DNA of 32,000 bases from Xylanibacter ruminicola 23 (GCF_000025925.1 NC_014033.1:1290001-1322000), one strand, 5' to 3'; shown: positions 1-10,819, numbered from the stretch's first letter. Made by a program: numbers and translations. The notes: generated by a model from the sequence alone, not told the origin.

Positions 1-251
1 TGGCGAATCAAGAGGCAGTACATGCAGGATTCTATGCTACCCTGATGGCTAAGTACGATAGCGATATCTGGAAGATTGCCGAGAACTTTGCCAAGGGCGA
101 ATATCACGGCGAGCAGCAGGTAAACCAGTTTGCTCAGGCATTACGTGCTGTAGGACTGGATGAAGCAGCCAACGAGATGGATGTGTTTGCCAAGCAGGAA
201 CGTCATCATGGTGATACGCTTACAGAGTTGATTAGCAAGTATAAAAAGTAA
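1..251 (+). CDS. ferritin-like / rubrerythrin-family protein, C-terminal part (5' end lies outside the window)
   Basis: The frame is open from nt 3: ANQEAVHAGFYATL precedes the listed Met at 45, so the gene starts upstream of the window. An ExxH-type motif (QERHHGD) and a helical, acidic composition fit ferritin-like four-helix bundles. Only 6 nt separate it from the next gene. Confidence 0.5.
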   Translation, partial: ANQEAVHAGFYATLMAKYDSDIWKIAENFAKGEYHGEQQVNQFAQALRAVGLDEAANEMDVFAKQERHHGDTLTELISKYKK

Positions 252-257
252 ATCAGT

Positions 258-1364
258 ATGGATAGTCAGAGTGCCATCAATTTGGCAGAATACATGAATG
301 GCAGCATTCGCAATATCATGGCTACAGCCTATAAGAATGTGCTGAGTAATCCCCGTGAAGCGAAGTTTGCCTTCAAGATGCAGCGCCTGTTCGAGAAATC
401 GGAAAAACGCCGTAAGAAGATGGCAGAAAGCGAAGGTTTAGATGTGCCACCTTTCTTAATTAGTAGTATCTCAACCACCTGCAATCTGCATTGCAAGGGT
501 TGCTATGCCCGCTCCAACGGAATAGCCGAGGATAAAGAGTCCGACCGCAAGGCCACACTTACTCCCGAGCAGTGGCGCCACATTTTTGAGGAGGCTGCTG
601 AGATGGGTATCAACTTCTCGCTGCTGGCTGGTGGCGAACCTATGATGCGCAAGGATATTCTGGAGCAGGTGGCTGAGGTTAAGGACATGATATTCCCCAT
701 TTTTACCAATGGCACACTGATTGGTCCATCGTACATGGAGTTTCTGCGTAAGAATCTGAACATGGTGCCTATCATCAGTCTTGAGGGTACTGCCATCGGT
801 ACCGACGAGCGTCGAGGTCAGGGTGTGTTCAAGCGTGCTATGCAGTCGATGGAGATGCTGAAGACCGAGAATCTCTTCTTTGGTACCAGCATCACCGTTA
901 CTACCGAGAACATGCAGCTGGTAACATCTGCTGATTTCATTAATCAGCTACGCGGCTATGGTTGTAAGATCGTGTTCTATATCGAGTATGTGCCCACAGA
1001 ACCAGGCACTGAGCATTTGGCATTTAGCGATGCACATGTGGCCCAGATGGAGCAGGTACTCGAAGAACGCCGCACGATGTATCAGGATATTATCTTCCTG
1101 TCGTTCCCCGGTGACGAGAAGGCTTTAGGTGGCTGTCTGGCCTCAGGTCGCGGCTTCTTCCATATCGGTCCAGATGGATCGGCCGAGCCCTGTCCGTTCT
1201 CTCCATTTAGCGATAGTAATGTATTAGAACTTGGTGTACGACAGGCACTTAAATCACCTTTATTCAAGAAGATTAGAGCTGCCCGTGCATTAGGTTGGGA
1301 GCACACAGGCGGCTGTACCCTCTTTGAGCACCGCGAAGAAATAGAACAGATGATGAACAAATAA
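258..1364 (+). CDS. radical SAM domain protein (substrate unknown)
   Basis: CNLHCKGCY is the CxxxCxxC radical-SAM cluster motif. A GGEPMM motif follows downstream. There is a C-terminal Cys-containing segment (GGCLASG...EPCPFSPF). ATG start and a full-length ORF. Confidence 0.8.
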   Translation: MDSQSAINLAEYMNGSIRNIMATAYKNVLSNPREAKFAFKMQRLFEKSEKRRKKMAESEGLDVPPFLISSISTTCNLHCKGCYARSNGIAEDKESDRKATLTPEQWRHIFEEAAEMGINFSLLAGGEPMMRKDILEQVAEVKDMIFPIFTNGTLIGPSYMEFLRKNLNMVPIISLEGTAIGTDERRGQGVFKRAMQSMEMLKTENLFFGTSITVTTENMQLVTSADFINQLRGYGCKIVFYIEYVPTEPGTEHLAFSDAHVAQMEQVLEERRTMYQDIIFLSFPGDEKALGGCLASGRGFFHIGPDGSAEPCPFSPFSDSNVLELGVRQALKSPLFKKIRAARALGWEHTGGCTLFEHREEIEQMMNK

Positions 1365-1384
1365 ATAAGCTCAAGTAGATTAAG

Positions 1385-1702
1385 CTATAGCACAACTGCA
1401 GTGCCGCTGGCGGCTACCATCAGCATAGAGCCGTTAGCACCAATGGTTTCGTAATCCAGGTCGATGCCTACGATAGCGTTAGCACCTAACATCTGGGCGC
1501 GCTCCATCATCTCGCGCATAGCCTCGTCCTTGGCCTCGCGCAGCACCTTCTCATAGCTACCGGCGCGACCACCTACGATATCACGAATACCAGCAAACAG
1601 GTCTTTAAACATGTTTGCACCGATGATTGTTTCACCTGTCACTACACCCTTATACTCACGGATAGTGTGACCTTCGATTGTTGGAGTTGTTGAAAGTACC
1701 AT
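1385..1702 (-). CDS. YbjQ/UPF0145 family protein (heavy-metal-binding-domain-like)
   Basis: The 106-aa product [24 protein letters not shown]...[13 protein letters not shown]...[13 protein letters not shown] matches my memory of the YbjQ family. I chose the internal ATG at 1702, because the ORF-track start at 1747 would overlap the upstream gene end at 1725. Confidence 0.8.
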   Translation of the reverse strand: MVLSTTPTIEGHTIREYKGVVTGETIIGANMFKDLFAGIRDIVGGRAGSYEKVLREAKDEAMREMMERAQMLGANAIVGIDLDYETIGANGSMLMVAASGTAVVL

Positions 1703-1724
1703 AATTTTAAAATTTAAGTTATTA

Positions 1725-2903
1725 TTACCAATATTCTTTTGCGTCAAGTATCACATGTTTCTGCTGGCCCTGTGGCGTCACGATATCAAGTTCGTGGCGT
1801 GGTGCTTTGTGCAAGGCTTCCTCCTCGTCCCAGGTGTAATCCTTTACATCGCGACCATTAATGGTGGTAATCGTGTCGCCGATCTCTACACCAGCCTCAT
1901 GGGCCTCGCTCGAGTGGTTCATATAATACACCACCCAACCGCGACAGATATCCGTACGGTTTCGCCAGCCGTAACCATATCTCTTACCGATGGGGTCATC
2001 AGCCTTATGCCGGCGCAGATAAAGTTTCAGGTTCTGGGCATCGATAATAATGTTAAACCTATCCCAAACGTCGTTACCGATAATACCCAGATAAGGTCGG
2101 TCGCTCATAGCCCCTACCCCCTCGGGTACATAGCTGATATCAGTATAACGGATGGTGTCGCCACCTATCAATATATGGTCGCTCATCATTTCAACCGATG
2201 TCTCCATCGCCTTGTCGCCAATGCCAGGCTGAGCCATATCTGCCAGGTAGCGCTTGCCTTCAATCTTATCAAGAGCGAACTCGGTCACGGCACCCGACGT
2301 AAAGGTAACCGAACCACCACTGCCCGTATCCATCAAGTACCAGCCACGTATCTTCTTGCCACCCAACTGTACTTCTGCCTGCAGCATAATCCTATTATTC
2401 TCGTATTTTATGGGTAACTGCTGATAGCCCTCGGTATTGGGCTTGGTGCTGGTGTACTGCTTAAGATACTGCTTTTCGAAGTTGATCTCGAGCGGATATT
2501 TCGAGATATCCTTGATACCCCAGATACCATCCACATGGCGACTTACAATGTCGCGCAACTTAAATATCGGCACTATCTGATATTGCTGCACCACATTTCC
2601 CATCTGTACCTTGGTGCCATCGGCTATCACACGTACCATGGTCGATCCTGCGGCACCACCAGCTCTGGCCTTACCTACTTTCTGTGGATGCCAGAAAGAT
2701 TGCGCAAGCGCTACGCTGTCGATACCAAAGATGTTAGCTGCACCTGTATCAAACAGCGTATTTACGTGCAGCTTATCGTTAATGATAGTCTGCAGATAGA
2801 TATGTCCATGATACACAAACGGCATCGTATTATCGTTGGCATTATTCTGTGCCAAGCCATTCAGACTGCTTAATGCAAGTATGATAGTTGATAACAGTTT
2901 CAT
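1725..2903 (-). CDS. secreted retropepsin-like aspartyl protease with C-terminal PDZ-like domain
   Basis: Signal peptide ([19 protein letters not shown]). Two Asp-protease signatures (FDTGA and MDTGSG). The C-terminal segment [16 protein letters not shown] is typical of PDZ domains. Confidence 0.75.
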   Translation of the reverse strand: MKLLSTIILALSSLNGLAQNNANDNTMPFVYHGHIYLQTIINDKLHVNTLFDTGAANIFGIDSVALAQSFWHPQKVGKARAGGAAGSTMVRVIADGTKVQMGNVVQQYQIVPIFKLRDIVSRHVDGIWGIKDISKYPLEINFEKQYLKQYTSTKPNTEGYQQLPIKYENNRIMLQAEVQLGGKKIRGWYLMDTGSGGSVTFTSGAVTEFALDKIEGKRYLADMAQPGIGDKAMETSVEMMSDHILIGGDTIRYTDISYVPEGVGAMSDRPYLGIIGNDVWDRFNIIIDAQNLKLYLRRHKADDPIGKRYGYGWRNRTDICRGWVVYYMNHSSEAHEAGVEIGDTITTINGRDVKDYTWDEEEALHKAPRHELDIVTPQGQQKHVILDAKEYW

Positions 2904-2935
2904 AAAATAGCGTTTTTAAATAATCCTATCTGTTG

Positions 2936-2943
2936 CAAAATTA
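2936..2943 (-). promoter_or_regulatory. Bacteroidetes -7 promoter box (TAATTTTG) for the protease gene
   Basis: The reverse complement of caaaatta matches TAnnTTTG, about 33 nt upstream of the ATG at 2903. Confidence 0.45.
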
Positions 2944-3035
2944 AGCATAATTTCTGAAAGGCCCAAAAATATTAGCGTTTTTTGGTAATTAGCATAAAAA
3001 AAGAAGCAATATTTGGTGGTAAACAAAATAATATG

Positions 3036-3043
3036 TACCTTTG
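3036..3043 (+). promoter_or_regulatory. Bacteroidetes -7 promoter box (TACCTTTG) for the pectinesterase-like gene
   Basis: Matches TAnnTTTG about 46 nt upstream of the ATG at 3089. It overlaps the TTG that opens the ORF-track call at 3041, which argues against that start. Confidence 0.45.
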
Positions 3044-3088
3044 TCAGCGAAAACAAACAATAAATATCAAAAACAAACAGCAATCAAG

Positions 3089-4594
3089 ATGATAAAAAAA
3101 CTGATTTTTGCACTGGTGATTGGAGCCAGTAATAGCGCATTGGCTCAGGTAAGTATGGTAAAAATGCAACCCGCATGTGGGGCACAGGATGTAAATATCG
3201 ATACCCATTTGGAGCTCACACTTTCCGACACTGCCTCGATCGGCCAGAAAGGTTTCATCTCGGTTTACGATAAACAATCGGGCAAACTGGTTGATCGCTT
3301 AGACTTAAGCATACCTGCCGGTCCTACACAAGGACAGTCGCGTAATCCTGCAGCACAATACACGTCTATACCTTATACGTATAAGGCATCACAAAACATC
3401 ACCAACCGCAACACCAAAGCCGGAACACCATCGGGCGTAAACGCTATCGATAGGTCGCGCTATCAGTTGGATATCATTGGCGGATTCTCCGATGCCTTCC
3501 ACTTCTACCCCATCATCGCTCACGAGCGCCGCTTTACCATCTACCTACATCATAACATGTTGGAGTACGGGCACGAATATTACGTAACCATTGATAACAA
3601 CGTCATTAAAGGTTTTAAAGGTATAAAAGGAAAAAATGCGTGGTCTTTCAAGACAAAAAGTAAAGCTCCCGATGCAAATAAACGCACGCTAACAGTTTCT
3701 GCCGATGGACAAGGTGATTTCTCTACGATACAAGGTGCCATGGATTTTATCCCTGATTCGCTAGCTACAGAATACAGCCGTTATTGCGTGCAGGTAAAAA
3801 ATGGCGATTATCAGGAGTTGGTATATTTCCGCAACAAGCGCTTTGTAACCATCCAAGGCGAAACACGCGATAGCGTGGTTATCCATTACCCCAATAACGA
3901 GGTGTTTAATCCTCATCCATCTGATATCAAGACCAACGAGGTGCGTGGCACATTCCCATCACGACGAGCAGCCTTTGCAGCCGACAACTGTAGCGATCTG
4001 ATTTTCAAGGATATCACCATTAAGACCGATTGTAAAGGTCAGGCCGAAGGACTCTTGGTTAATGGCGAACGGAACTACTTTGAAAACGTTCATGTTATCG
4101 GCGACGGCGATGCCCTGCAGGCCAATGGTAGCTGTTACTGGTTAAACTGCCAGATTGATGGTGGCGGCGATACGATATTAGGTCGAGGTCCTTCATTCTT
4201 TAATCATTGTACGATAACCAGCTATGGTGCGTTTATGTGGATACGCAACACTGCCGAAAACCATGGTAACGTGTTTGTTGATTGTCACTTCAAAGGCTTG
4301 TCGGATTACGCAGAATTGGGTCGTTTACCCGACAATAAGGGGCGTAACTATCCCCATGCCGAGTGCGTACTACTCAACTGCACACTCGAGAACATCCCTG
4401 CAAGAGGCTGGGGCGTGATTGATAATGGTGCCCAAACAGCCACCATCCTCGAGTTTAACAGTCACGATACCGAAGGATATCCTGTAGATACTACCAAACG
4501 TAACCCTCTCATGCGTCAACTGCATCCAGTCCGCGATGCCGAGCTGATTGGAAAATACTCGGATGCCAACTGGGTACTTTACCATGGGATTTAA
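3089..4594 (+). CDS. secreted CE8-like pectinesterase family protein (N-terminal Ig-like domain plus parallel beta-helix)
   Basis: The ATG at 3089 gives a clean signal peptide (MIKKLIFALVIGASNSALAQ). Motifs appear in CE8 order but are divergent: GDYQELV (GxYxE), GDGDALQ (in place of QDTL), GGGDTILGRG (in place of DFIFG), ELGRLP (LGRPW-like). Confidence 0.6.
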   Translation: MIKKLIFALVIGASNSALAQVSMVKMQPACGAQDVNIDTHLELTLSDTASIGQKGFISVYDKQSGKLVDRLDLSIPAGPTQGQSRNPAAQYTSIPYTYKASQNITNRNTKAGTPSGVNAIDRSRYQLDIIGGFSDAFHFYPIIAHERRFTIYLHHNMLEYGHEYYVTIDNNVIKGFKGIKGKNAWSFKTKSKAPDANKRTLTVSADGQGDFSTIQGAMDFIPDSLATEYSRYCVQVKNGDYQELVYFRNKRFVTIQGETRDSVVIHYPNNEVFNPHPSDIKTNEVRGTFPSRRAAFAADNCSDLIFKDITIKTDCKGQAEGLLVNGERNYFENVHVIGDGDALQANGSCYWLNCQIDGGGDTILGRGPSFFNHCTITSYGAFMWIRNTAENHGNVFVDCHFKGLSDYAELGRLPDNKGRNYPHAECVLLNCTLENIPARGWGVIDNGAQTATILEFNSHDTEGYPVDTTKRNPLMRQLHPVRDAELIGKYSDANWVLYHGI

Positions 4595-4611
4595 GATTAT
4601 ATAGGAAATAC

Positions 4612-4647
4612 AAATGCAGACAAGCTTCACAGCTTATCTGCATTTTT
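4612..4647. terminator. bidirectional rho-independent terminator between convergent pectinesterase-like gene and eno
   Basis: AAATGCAGA (4612-4620) pairs perfectly with TCTGCATTT (4637-4645). There is an inner AAGCT/AGCTT stem. T-runs follow on the plus strand and A-runs precede. Confidence 0.65.
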
Positions 4648-4690
4648 AAGTTGTTTTATTATAAATGATTTACTCAAAAAGTTAATTCAC

Positions 4691-6007
<1,317 letters not shown>

Positions 6008-6043
6008 TTACAATTATAACTAATAACTAACAAAATTGCGCTG

Positions 6044-6051
6044 CAAAGGTA
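6044..6051 (-). promoter_or_regulatory. Bacteroidetes -7 promoter box (TACCTTTG) for eno
   Basis: The reverse complement of caaaggta matches TAnnTTTG about 46 nt upstream of the eno ATG at 5998. Confidence 0.45.
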
Positions 6052-6064
6052 CGGCGAAAAAAAG

Positions 6065-6109
6065 AAGTGCGCAATACCTAAAACACGGGGTTTTAAGCAC
6101 GGCGCACTT
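6065..6109 (-). terminator. rho-independent terminator downstream of the TonB-dependent receptor gene
   Basis: AAGTGCGC (6065-6072) and GCGCACTT (6102-6109) form an 8-bp stem with an inner AAAAC/GTTTT stem. On the minus strand the stem is followed by CTTTTTTT. Confidence 0.55.
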
Positions 6110-6152
6110 ACCACGTATGCAGAAACGGATTAATTATAAGTAGGTATTCGCG

Positions 6153-8318
6153 TTACATAGAGATGGGCACTACCAGTTTGAAGGTGATGTTGCGGCCCAT
6201 GTTATATACGCCTCGGCGACCGGTAACCACATTCTCGTCGGCATACTTCAAACGACTCAGGTGATTCTGATAGGCCTTGTTCAGCAAGTTATCGGCGGTG
6301 ATGTATAACTCTGCTATCTTCTTACCTTTTACCTGAATATCGGTTCCTGCCGAGAGATTCAGCAACGCATAGCCGGGTGTGACAGTTTCGGTTTCGTCGG
6401 CGCTATAGATATGCGACTGCTTCAGATAACAGTCGAGACCAGCTGCAATATAGAGGTTGTTCAGCACCGAACGGTGGGCTGCATCGGTAGTATGGTGATG
6501 ATTTACCGTGGTATGCGAGTGGTGGAACAGCTCCCACTTCAGTTCCGAAGCCCATTTGGGTGCTGGCGTAAAGGGCAGATACTTGGTGCCAGGATCGGCA
6601 TGCATCTGCTGTGCATCTACATACGAGAAGGTGTTCGAGAAATGCACGCTGTGTACAGGATGTAAGTCCACGCCAGCCTCGAAGCCTAACAAGCGGGCAT
6701 CGCCCTGGGTATAGGCATAAGTCAGGTAGCCTTCTTCAATCTCCTCGGCCAATCGATGGGTGAAAATGTAATTATCGATGCGATTGGCAAAGAGTGCCAA
6801 CTGTGCTGATACATATTGCGAAGTAAACTCCAGTCCCAGATCGGCCTGCATACTATATTCAGCTTTCAAATCTTGGTTACCAATCTCGTAGCGCAAAGAA
6901 CCCTCGTGTACACCGTTCGAAGCCAGTTCACTCATGTTTGGTGTGCGGAAACCGCGGGCCAGATTCAAGCGTACATTAAAATGCTCGTTAATGTTGCATA
7001 CAGCACCGATGCTACCTGTTACACCATTGAAATGGCGACTGAAGTTGGCGAAACGAACGTCGCCATCTTCCATCAGCTCGTAACCGTGCAGTCGGCGATG
7101 ATCGTAGCGTAATCCACCGTTCAGTGTCCAGTTGTCGCCAAGTCTCTTGGTGGCGGTGGCATAGAAACCGAAGTCGAACAGTCGGTAGTCGGGAATCAGA
7201 TACTCCTCGCCCTCATTATCCGACTTCTGATACATACCACCAATACCAGTCGACAGTTTCCAACCGTTAAACTCGTTGGTAACGTAACGCAGGTCGTATG
7301 TCAGTGTGTGCAACTTGAAATACAGCTCGTACTCATCCATTTCCTCCTCGAACTCCTGACGGCGGTTCTGCTGGTAGCCGATGATGGCCTTCAAGTAGCC
7401 CGACGACAGGTTCAGCGAGTTGTCCCATACCACCTTGTAGTGCTTTACCTGCTGGAATGGGAGTGCTTTCGAGTACTGATGTCCGGTCCAACCCTCTTCG
7501 TGTTCCAGTTCACCAGTCTCGGCATCACGCTCTCCTTCAACGATTCCCGGTGTTAAGTGATAGGCGGTCCACGTCAAGCGCGAGTGCCCCCACCCTTTGT
7601 TCAGTCCCAGCATCAGTCGTCCTGCTCTTTCGCGGAACTGTGAGCCAGGCACATAGCCGTCGTACTTATTCTTATAGGCATGTGCCATCTTATCGCTATA
7701 GCGGGCGTCCCACACAAAACCTTTCTGGTTGCCTGCCATTTGTAACGAGTAATTAAACAAACCATTGTTGGTTTGGTATTCGGTACTGATATTGCCTTTC
7801 AGCTCGCCCTCGGCCAATGTGGGTTGAGCGTGCAGGATAACCACGCCTGCCATGGCATCCGATCCGTACATCAGTGAGGCAGGACCTTTCAGAATCTCGA
7901 CACTGCCCACGCTACTGCCATCAACCTCAACGCCATGCTCGTCGCCCCACTGCTGTCCTTCCTGGCGCACACCTTCGCTCATCACTACCACGCGGTTATA
8001 ACCCAGTCCGCGGATGATGGGTTTCGAGATGCTACCACCGGTAGTGAGCTGACTCACACCTGGCTGGTGGGCGATGGCATCGATGATATTGGTAGAGGCC
8101 GTGGCCTTTAATATCTGTGGTGTAACAATGCTCACGGGTGCTGTAGCGTGTTTCAGTTTTGTATCGCCCGTTACGCCTGTTACTGTTACTTCGTTTAAGT
8201 TCAGATGGCGGAAAAACACATCTGTTGAATCTTCAATATGGTGATGTTTACTATTATCCTGAGCTGCCAAGGTCATGCATACGCACAACAATGGCAGAAT
8301 GATATATCTTGCTTTCAT
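6153..8318 (-). CDS. TonB-dependent outer-membrane receptor with His-rich segments (metal uptake suspected)
   Basis: Signal peptide, then a plug region (VTVTG..., IIRGLGYNRVVVMSEGVRQEGQQWGDEHG, ILKGPASLMYGSDA) and a long beta-barrel. His-rich stretches occur right after the signal peptide (SKHHHIED) and in a C-terminal loop (HHSHTTVNHHHTTDAAH). Confidence 0.9.
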   Translation of the reverse strand: MKARYIILPLLCVCMTLAAQDNSKHHHIEDSTDVFFRHLNLNEVTVTGVTGDTKLKHATAPVSIVTPQILKATASTNIIDAIAHQPGVSQLTTGGSISKPIIRGLGYNRVVVMSEGVRQEGQQWGDEHGVEVDGSSVGSVEILKGPASLMYGSDAMAGVVILHAQPTLAEGELKGNISTEYQTNNGLFNYSLQMAGNQKGFVWDARYSDKMAHAYKNKYDGYVPGSQFRERAGRLMLGLNKGWGHSRLTWTAYHLTPGIVEGERDAETGELEHEEGWTGHQYSKALPFQQVKHYKVVWDNSLNLSSGYLKAIIGYQQNRRQEFEEEMDEYELYFKLHTLTYDLRYVTNEFNGWKLSTGIGGMYQKSDNEGEEYLIPDYRLFDFGFYATATKRLGDNWTLNGGLRYDHRRLHGYELMEDGDVRFANFSRHFNGVTGSIGAVCNINEHFNVRLNLARGFRTPNMSELASNGVHEGSLRYEIGNQDLKAEYSMQADLGLEFTSQYVSAQLALFANRIDNYIFTHRLAEEIEEGYLTYAYTQGDARLLGFEAGVDLHPVHSVHFSNTFSYVDAQQMHADPGTKYLPFTPAPKWASELKWELFHHSHTTVNHHHTTDAAHRSVLNNLYIAAGLDCYLKQSHIYSADETETVTPGYALLNLSAGTDIQVKGKKIAELYITADNLLNKAYQNHLSRLKYADENVVTGRRGVYNMGRNITFKLVVPISM

Positions 8319-8375
8319 TCTGTTTTGTAATTAATTGTATGTTATATAAATATGTATGTAAATAATCCGAGGTAA

Positions 8376-8720
8376 TCAGAGTGTTGGAGGACCTCGGGTT
8401 ACGATGTTGCCACAGCTGTAGGTGCGAAATCCGCACAAGGGCTGAGCATAACTCTTGATACATACATGAACATATAACGTAACAGCCATTACAGCGGCTG
8501 CCAACATAGTCAGCGTCAGGAACTGGCACAGCACGCAGTCGTGATCCCACGAGGCCACCGACGAAAGGTGACCATGACAACTATGGTGTACGCAGTCGCT
8601 ACACTCGGTAGTTGTTGTGTCGCCAGTTTCATGAATGTGAATAGACGACAGCAGCAGTATTGGCACAAAAACTGCCAATAGCATCCAAGCCGCCATATGT
8701 CGTTTATTCGCTAGTTTCAT
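8376..8720 (-). CDS. small membrane protein rich in Cys/His (putative metal-handling partner of the receptor)
   Basis: I chose the start MKLANKRHMAAWMLLAVFVPILLLSS (ATG at 8720) because a TACTTTTG box lies just upstream. The product has two hydrophobic segments flanking HIHETGD...ECSDCVHHSCHGH...WDHDCVLC. It ends 57 nt before the receptor gene on the same strand. Confidence 0.55.
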   Translation of the reverse strand: MKLANKRHMAAWMLLAVFVPILLLSSIHIHETGDTTTTECSDCVHHSCHGHLSSVASWDHDCVLCQFLTLTMLAAAVMAVTLYVHVCIKSYAQPLCGFRTYSCGNIVTRGPPTL

Positions 8721-8731
8721 ATATTCGGCTG

Positions 8732-8739
8732 CAAAAGTA
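8732..8739 (-). promoter_or_regulatory. Bacteroidetes -7 promoter box (TACTTTTG) for the small-protein/receptor operon
   Basis: The reverse complement of caaaagta matches TAnnTTTG about 12 nt upstream of the ATG at 8720, which implies a very short leader. Confidence 0.4.
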
Positions 8740-8804
8740 CACATAAAATCCCAAAGCACAATTGTTTTGCCTTGGGATTTAACTTTTGTTGAATTCTGTC
8801 GTAT

Positions 8805-10781
8805 TTAATTATTCACTGGCAGGGTGATAACGAAGCGGCATCCGGTGGTGTAATCTGGATCGATAGTGAGCGTGCCGCCAAGCAATTCGGCTGAACGACG
8901 GGCTACGGTAAGACCCAGACCGATGCCTTGCACAAACGAATCCACCTTATAGAATCGCTCAAACACGCGTTCCTGCTGGTCTTTAGGAATACCCTTGCCG
9001 GTATCCTCTACGGCTATCTGCAACTGTTTGTTATCAGCTTTTACTTTGATGGTTACACTACCCTTAGTGGTAAACTTCAAAGCGTTGCTCATCAGTCGGT
9101 CCAATATCTTGCGGATGGCTGTGGCATTGCTCTTTAAGCGATAATCGGCAGGCAGCTTGCTGCTCACACTCAGTGCCAGTCGCCCTTGGTTATCAGCCTC
9201 ACTGGCATCTATAGCCTCCTGACAGATGGCTGTCACATCTACCTCATCGGCAAGCTGATACATACTTTGGCTCTCGCTTTCCGACAACTCCAACAGTTCG
9301 TTCACAAAGTTGGTAATCTCGGTGGTGTTGTGACTGATGTCGGCCATAATGCGGTTGCGGTCCTCGTCGCTCAGATCGTAGTCGGGATTGCTCACCACCT
9401 GCGCAAACCCCGTGATGATATTAAGCGGAGTACGTATCTCATGACTGATATGCTGAACAAATGCCGTCTTCATACGGTCCGACTCCTTGGCATGTTCCAG
9501 CGCCTTGGCCAATCTGGCCTGCGAACGATGACGCAACACAATGTATATCAGCATGATAACAATCAGTATGATCAGCGAAACCAGGCGCCAGGCTTGACGG
9601 GTATGCAGATTCTTTTCACGTTCAGCTGCCATTTCAAGCTCCTTCTGATGCACAGCCTCCTGCTCTAGTGCATCGGCATGTCTCGATATGTTGATGACCG
9701 AGTCGAGATGCTCTATGATGTCAATACTGATAGCCTTCGCAGAGTCCAACCTACCCGCATTACGGTTGGCCTCGTATTTCTTTAGCATCACTTTCTGAAT
9801 CATCTCGAGCGTATAGCTTACCTTGTATTCTTTAAGGAGCTCATTCAGGTCCTTAAAATTGTCGGCAGCCTCCTGCCAGCGGCCTGCCACGCCCAGATAG
9901 GTTCCACTCAAGTTGCTACCTTCGGGTGTACGGCTCATACCTGTTTTCATAAAGTTCTGATAGCACTCGGCAGCTTCGGCTGAACGGTGCAGACCCTCGA
10001 GGGTGATGGCACGATAGATATGGTATCGGGCCCACTGTTTTTCGGCATAATCCTTACGTGCATCTTTTGCTGACTCATAGCCTCGTATCAGTTGGGCCAT
10101 ACGATCCAGCCATATCAGGGCTTTCTCGTAGTCGTGAATCTCGATATAATTATAGCTGATACTGATAACGCCCACGATGGCATCGCGATAGGATGTGGCA
10201 TAATTGTGACGCTTGATATAGTCGAGATGAAAATCGTATGCGCGATTAAAATTTTTGTTTGTAGCTGCCTCGCTGATGCCGTGACGAGTCTGACAGCAAC
10301 CTGCATAGATGAGTAGATTGGTGTATTCGCTCGTGGTGTCGCATCCCAGTTTCTCCAGTCGGTCGATGGCTGGTTGTGCTATCTTCAGTACCGCCTCATA
10401 CTCTCCCCACAAATACTTCAGGCCTGCCAATCGCTGGGCAATACCAGCATACACCCTGACATCCTCGTCGCCAGTCGAATTCTCAACAGCCGTAAGTCCC
10501 CGTTTCCAATACAGCTCGGCCATACGCTTCTGCATCAAGCGGTCGTAGGCATAGCCCATCCAATAGTCGGCTTTTCCCTCCGAAAAGAGTCCCAACTGCT
10601 CCACGCTGTCGGTCAGTTCAATTATGCGGTTGTAATCTTTGTCCAGATAAGCATCGTACACCATGTGCTCGGCGTCTTCGCATCGTTCCTTAAATTCAGC
10701 ATCATGACATCCCGTTAGAGATATCGGCAAAAGGAATGCACCGGCTATTGATATAGCAATAGTTAATAGTTTTTTTTTCAT
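8805..10781 (-). CDS. sensor histidine kinase with lipoprotein signal and TPR-like extracytoplasmic domain (no cognate response regulator in window)
   Basis: LTGC lipobox. About 380 aa of helical, repeat-like sensor region. One TM segment (LVSLIILIVIMLIYIVL). H-box FVQHISHEIRTPLN. ATPase motifs VEDTGKGIP and GIGLGLTVARR. Confidence 0.9.
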   Translation of the reverse strand: MKKKLLTIAISIAGAFLLPISLTGCHDAEFKERCEDAEHMVYDAYLDKDYNRIIELTDSVEQLGLFSEGKADYWMGYAYDRLMQKRMAELYWKRGLTAVENSTGDEDVRVYAGIAQRLAGLKYLWGEYEAVLKIAQPAIDRLEKLGCDTTSEYTNLLIYAGCCQTRHGISEAATNKNFNRAYDFHLDYIKRHNYATSYRDAIVGVISISYNYIEIHDYEKALIWLDRMAQLIRGYESAKDARKDYAEKQWARYHIYRAITLEGLHRSAEAAECYQNFMKTGMSRTPEGSNLSGTYLGVAGRWQEAADNFKDLNELLKEYKVSYTLEMIQKVMLKKYEANRNAGRLDSAKAISIDIIEHLDSVINISRHADALEQEAVHQKELEMAAEREKNLHTRQAWRLVSLIILIVIMLIYIVLRHRSQARLAKALEHAKESDRMKTAFVQHISHEIRTPLNIITGFAQVVSNPDYDLSDEDRNRIMADISHNTTEITNFVNELLELSESESQSMYQLADEVDVTAICQEAIDASEADNQGRLALSVSSKLPADYRLKSNATAIRKILDRLMSNALKFTTKGSVTIKVKADNKQLQIAVEDTGKGIPKDQQERVFERFYKVDSFVQGIGLGLTVARRSAELLGGTLTIDPDYTTGCRFVITLPVNN

Positions 10782-10819
10782 TCTATAATTTTGTTCCGTT
10801 GTTATCAGCGTTCAGGGTG

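Noticed and set aside
1703-1747. N-terminal extension of the YbjQ ORF
   Set aside because: It would overlap the 3' end of the upstream protease gene. It would add 15 residues not seen in the roughly 105-aa family as I remember it.
1755-2417. 220-aa plus-strand ORF
   Set aside because: It is entirely nested antisense within the aspartyl-protease/PDZ gene, which has strong motifs. It has no recognisable motif and its composition fits a shadow ORF.
3041-3088. TTG-initiated N-terminal extension of the pectinesterase-like ORF
   Set aside because: The extension overlaps the TACCTTTG promoter box. The ATG at 3089 yields a canonical signal peptide.
9186-9668. 160-aa plus-strand ORF
   Set aside because: It lies antisense within the histidine-kinase gene. 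It has no motifs and no promoter box.
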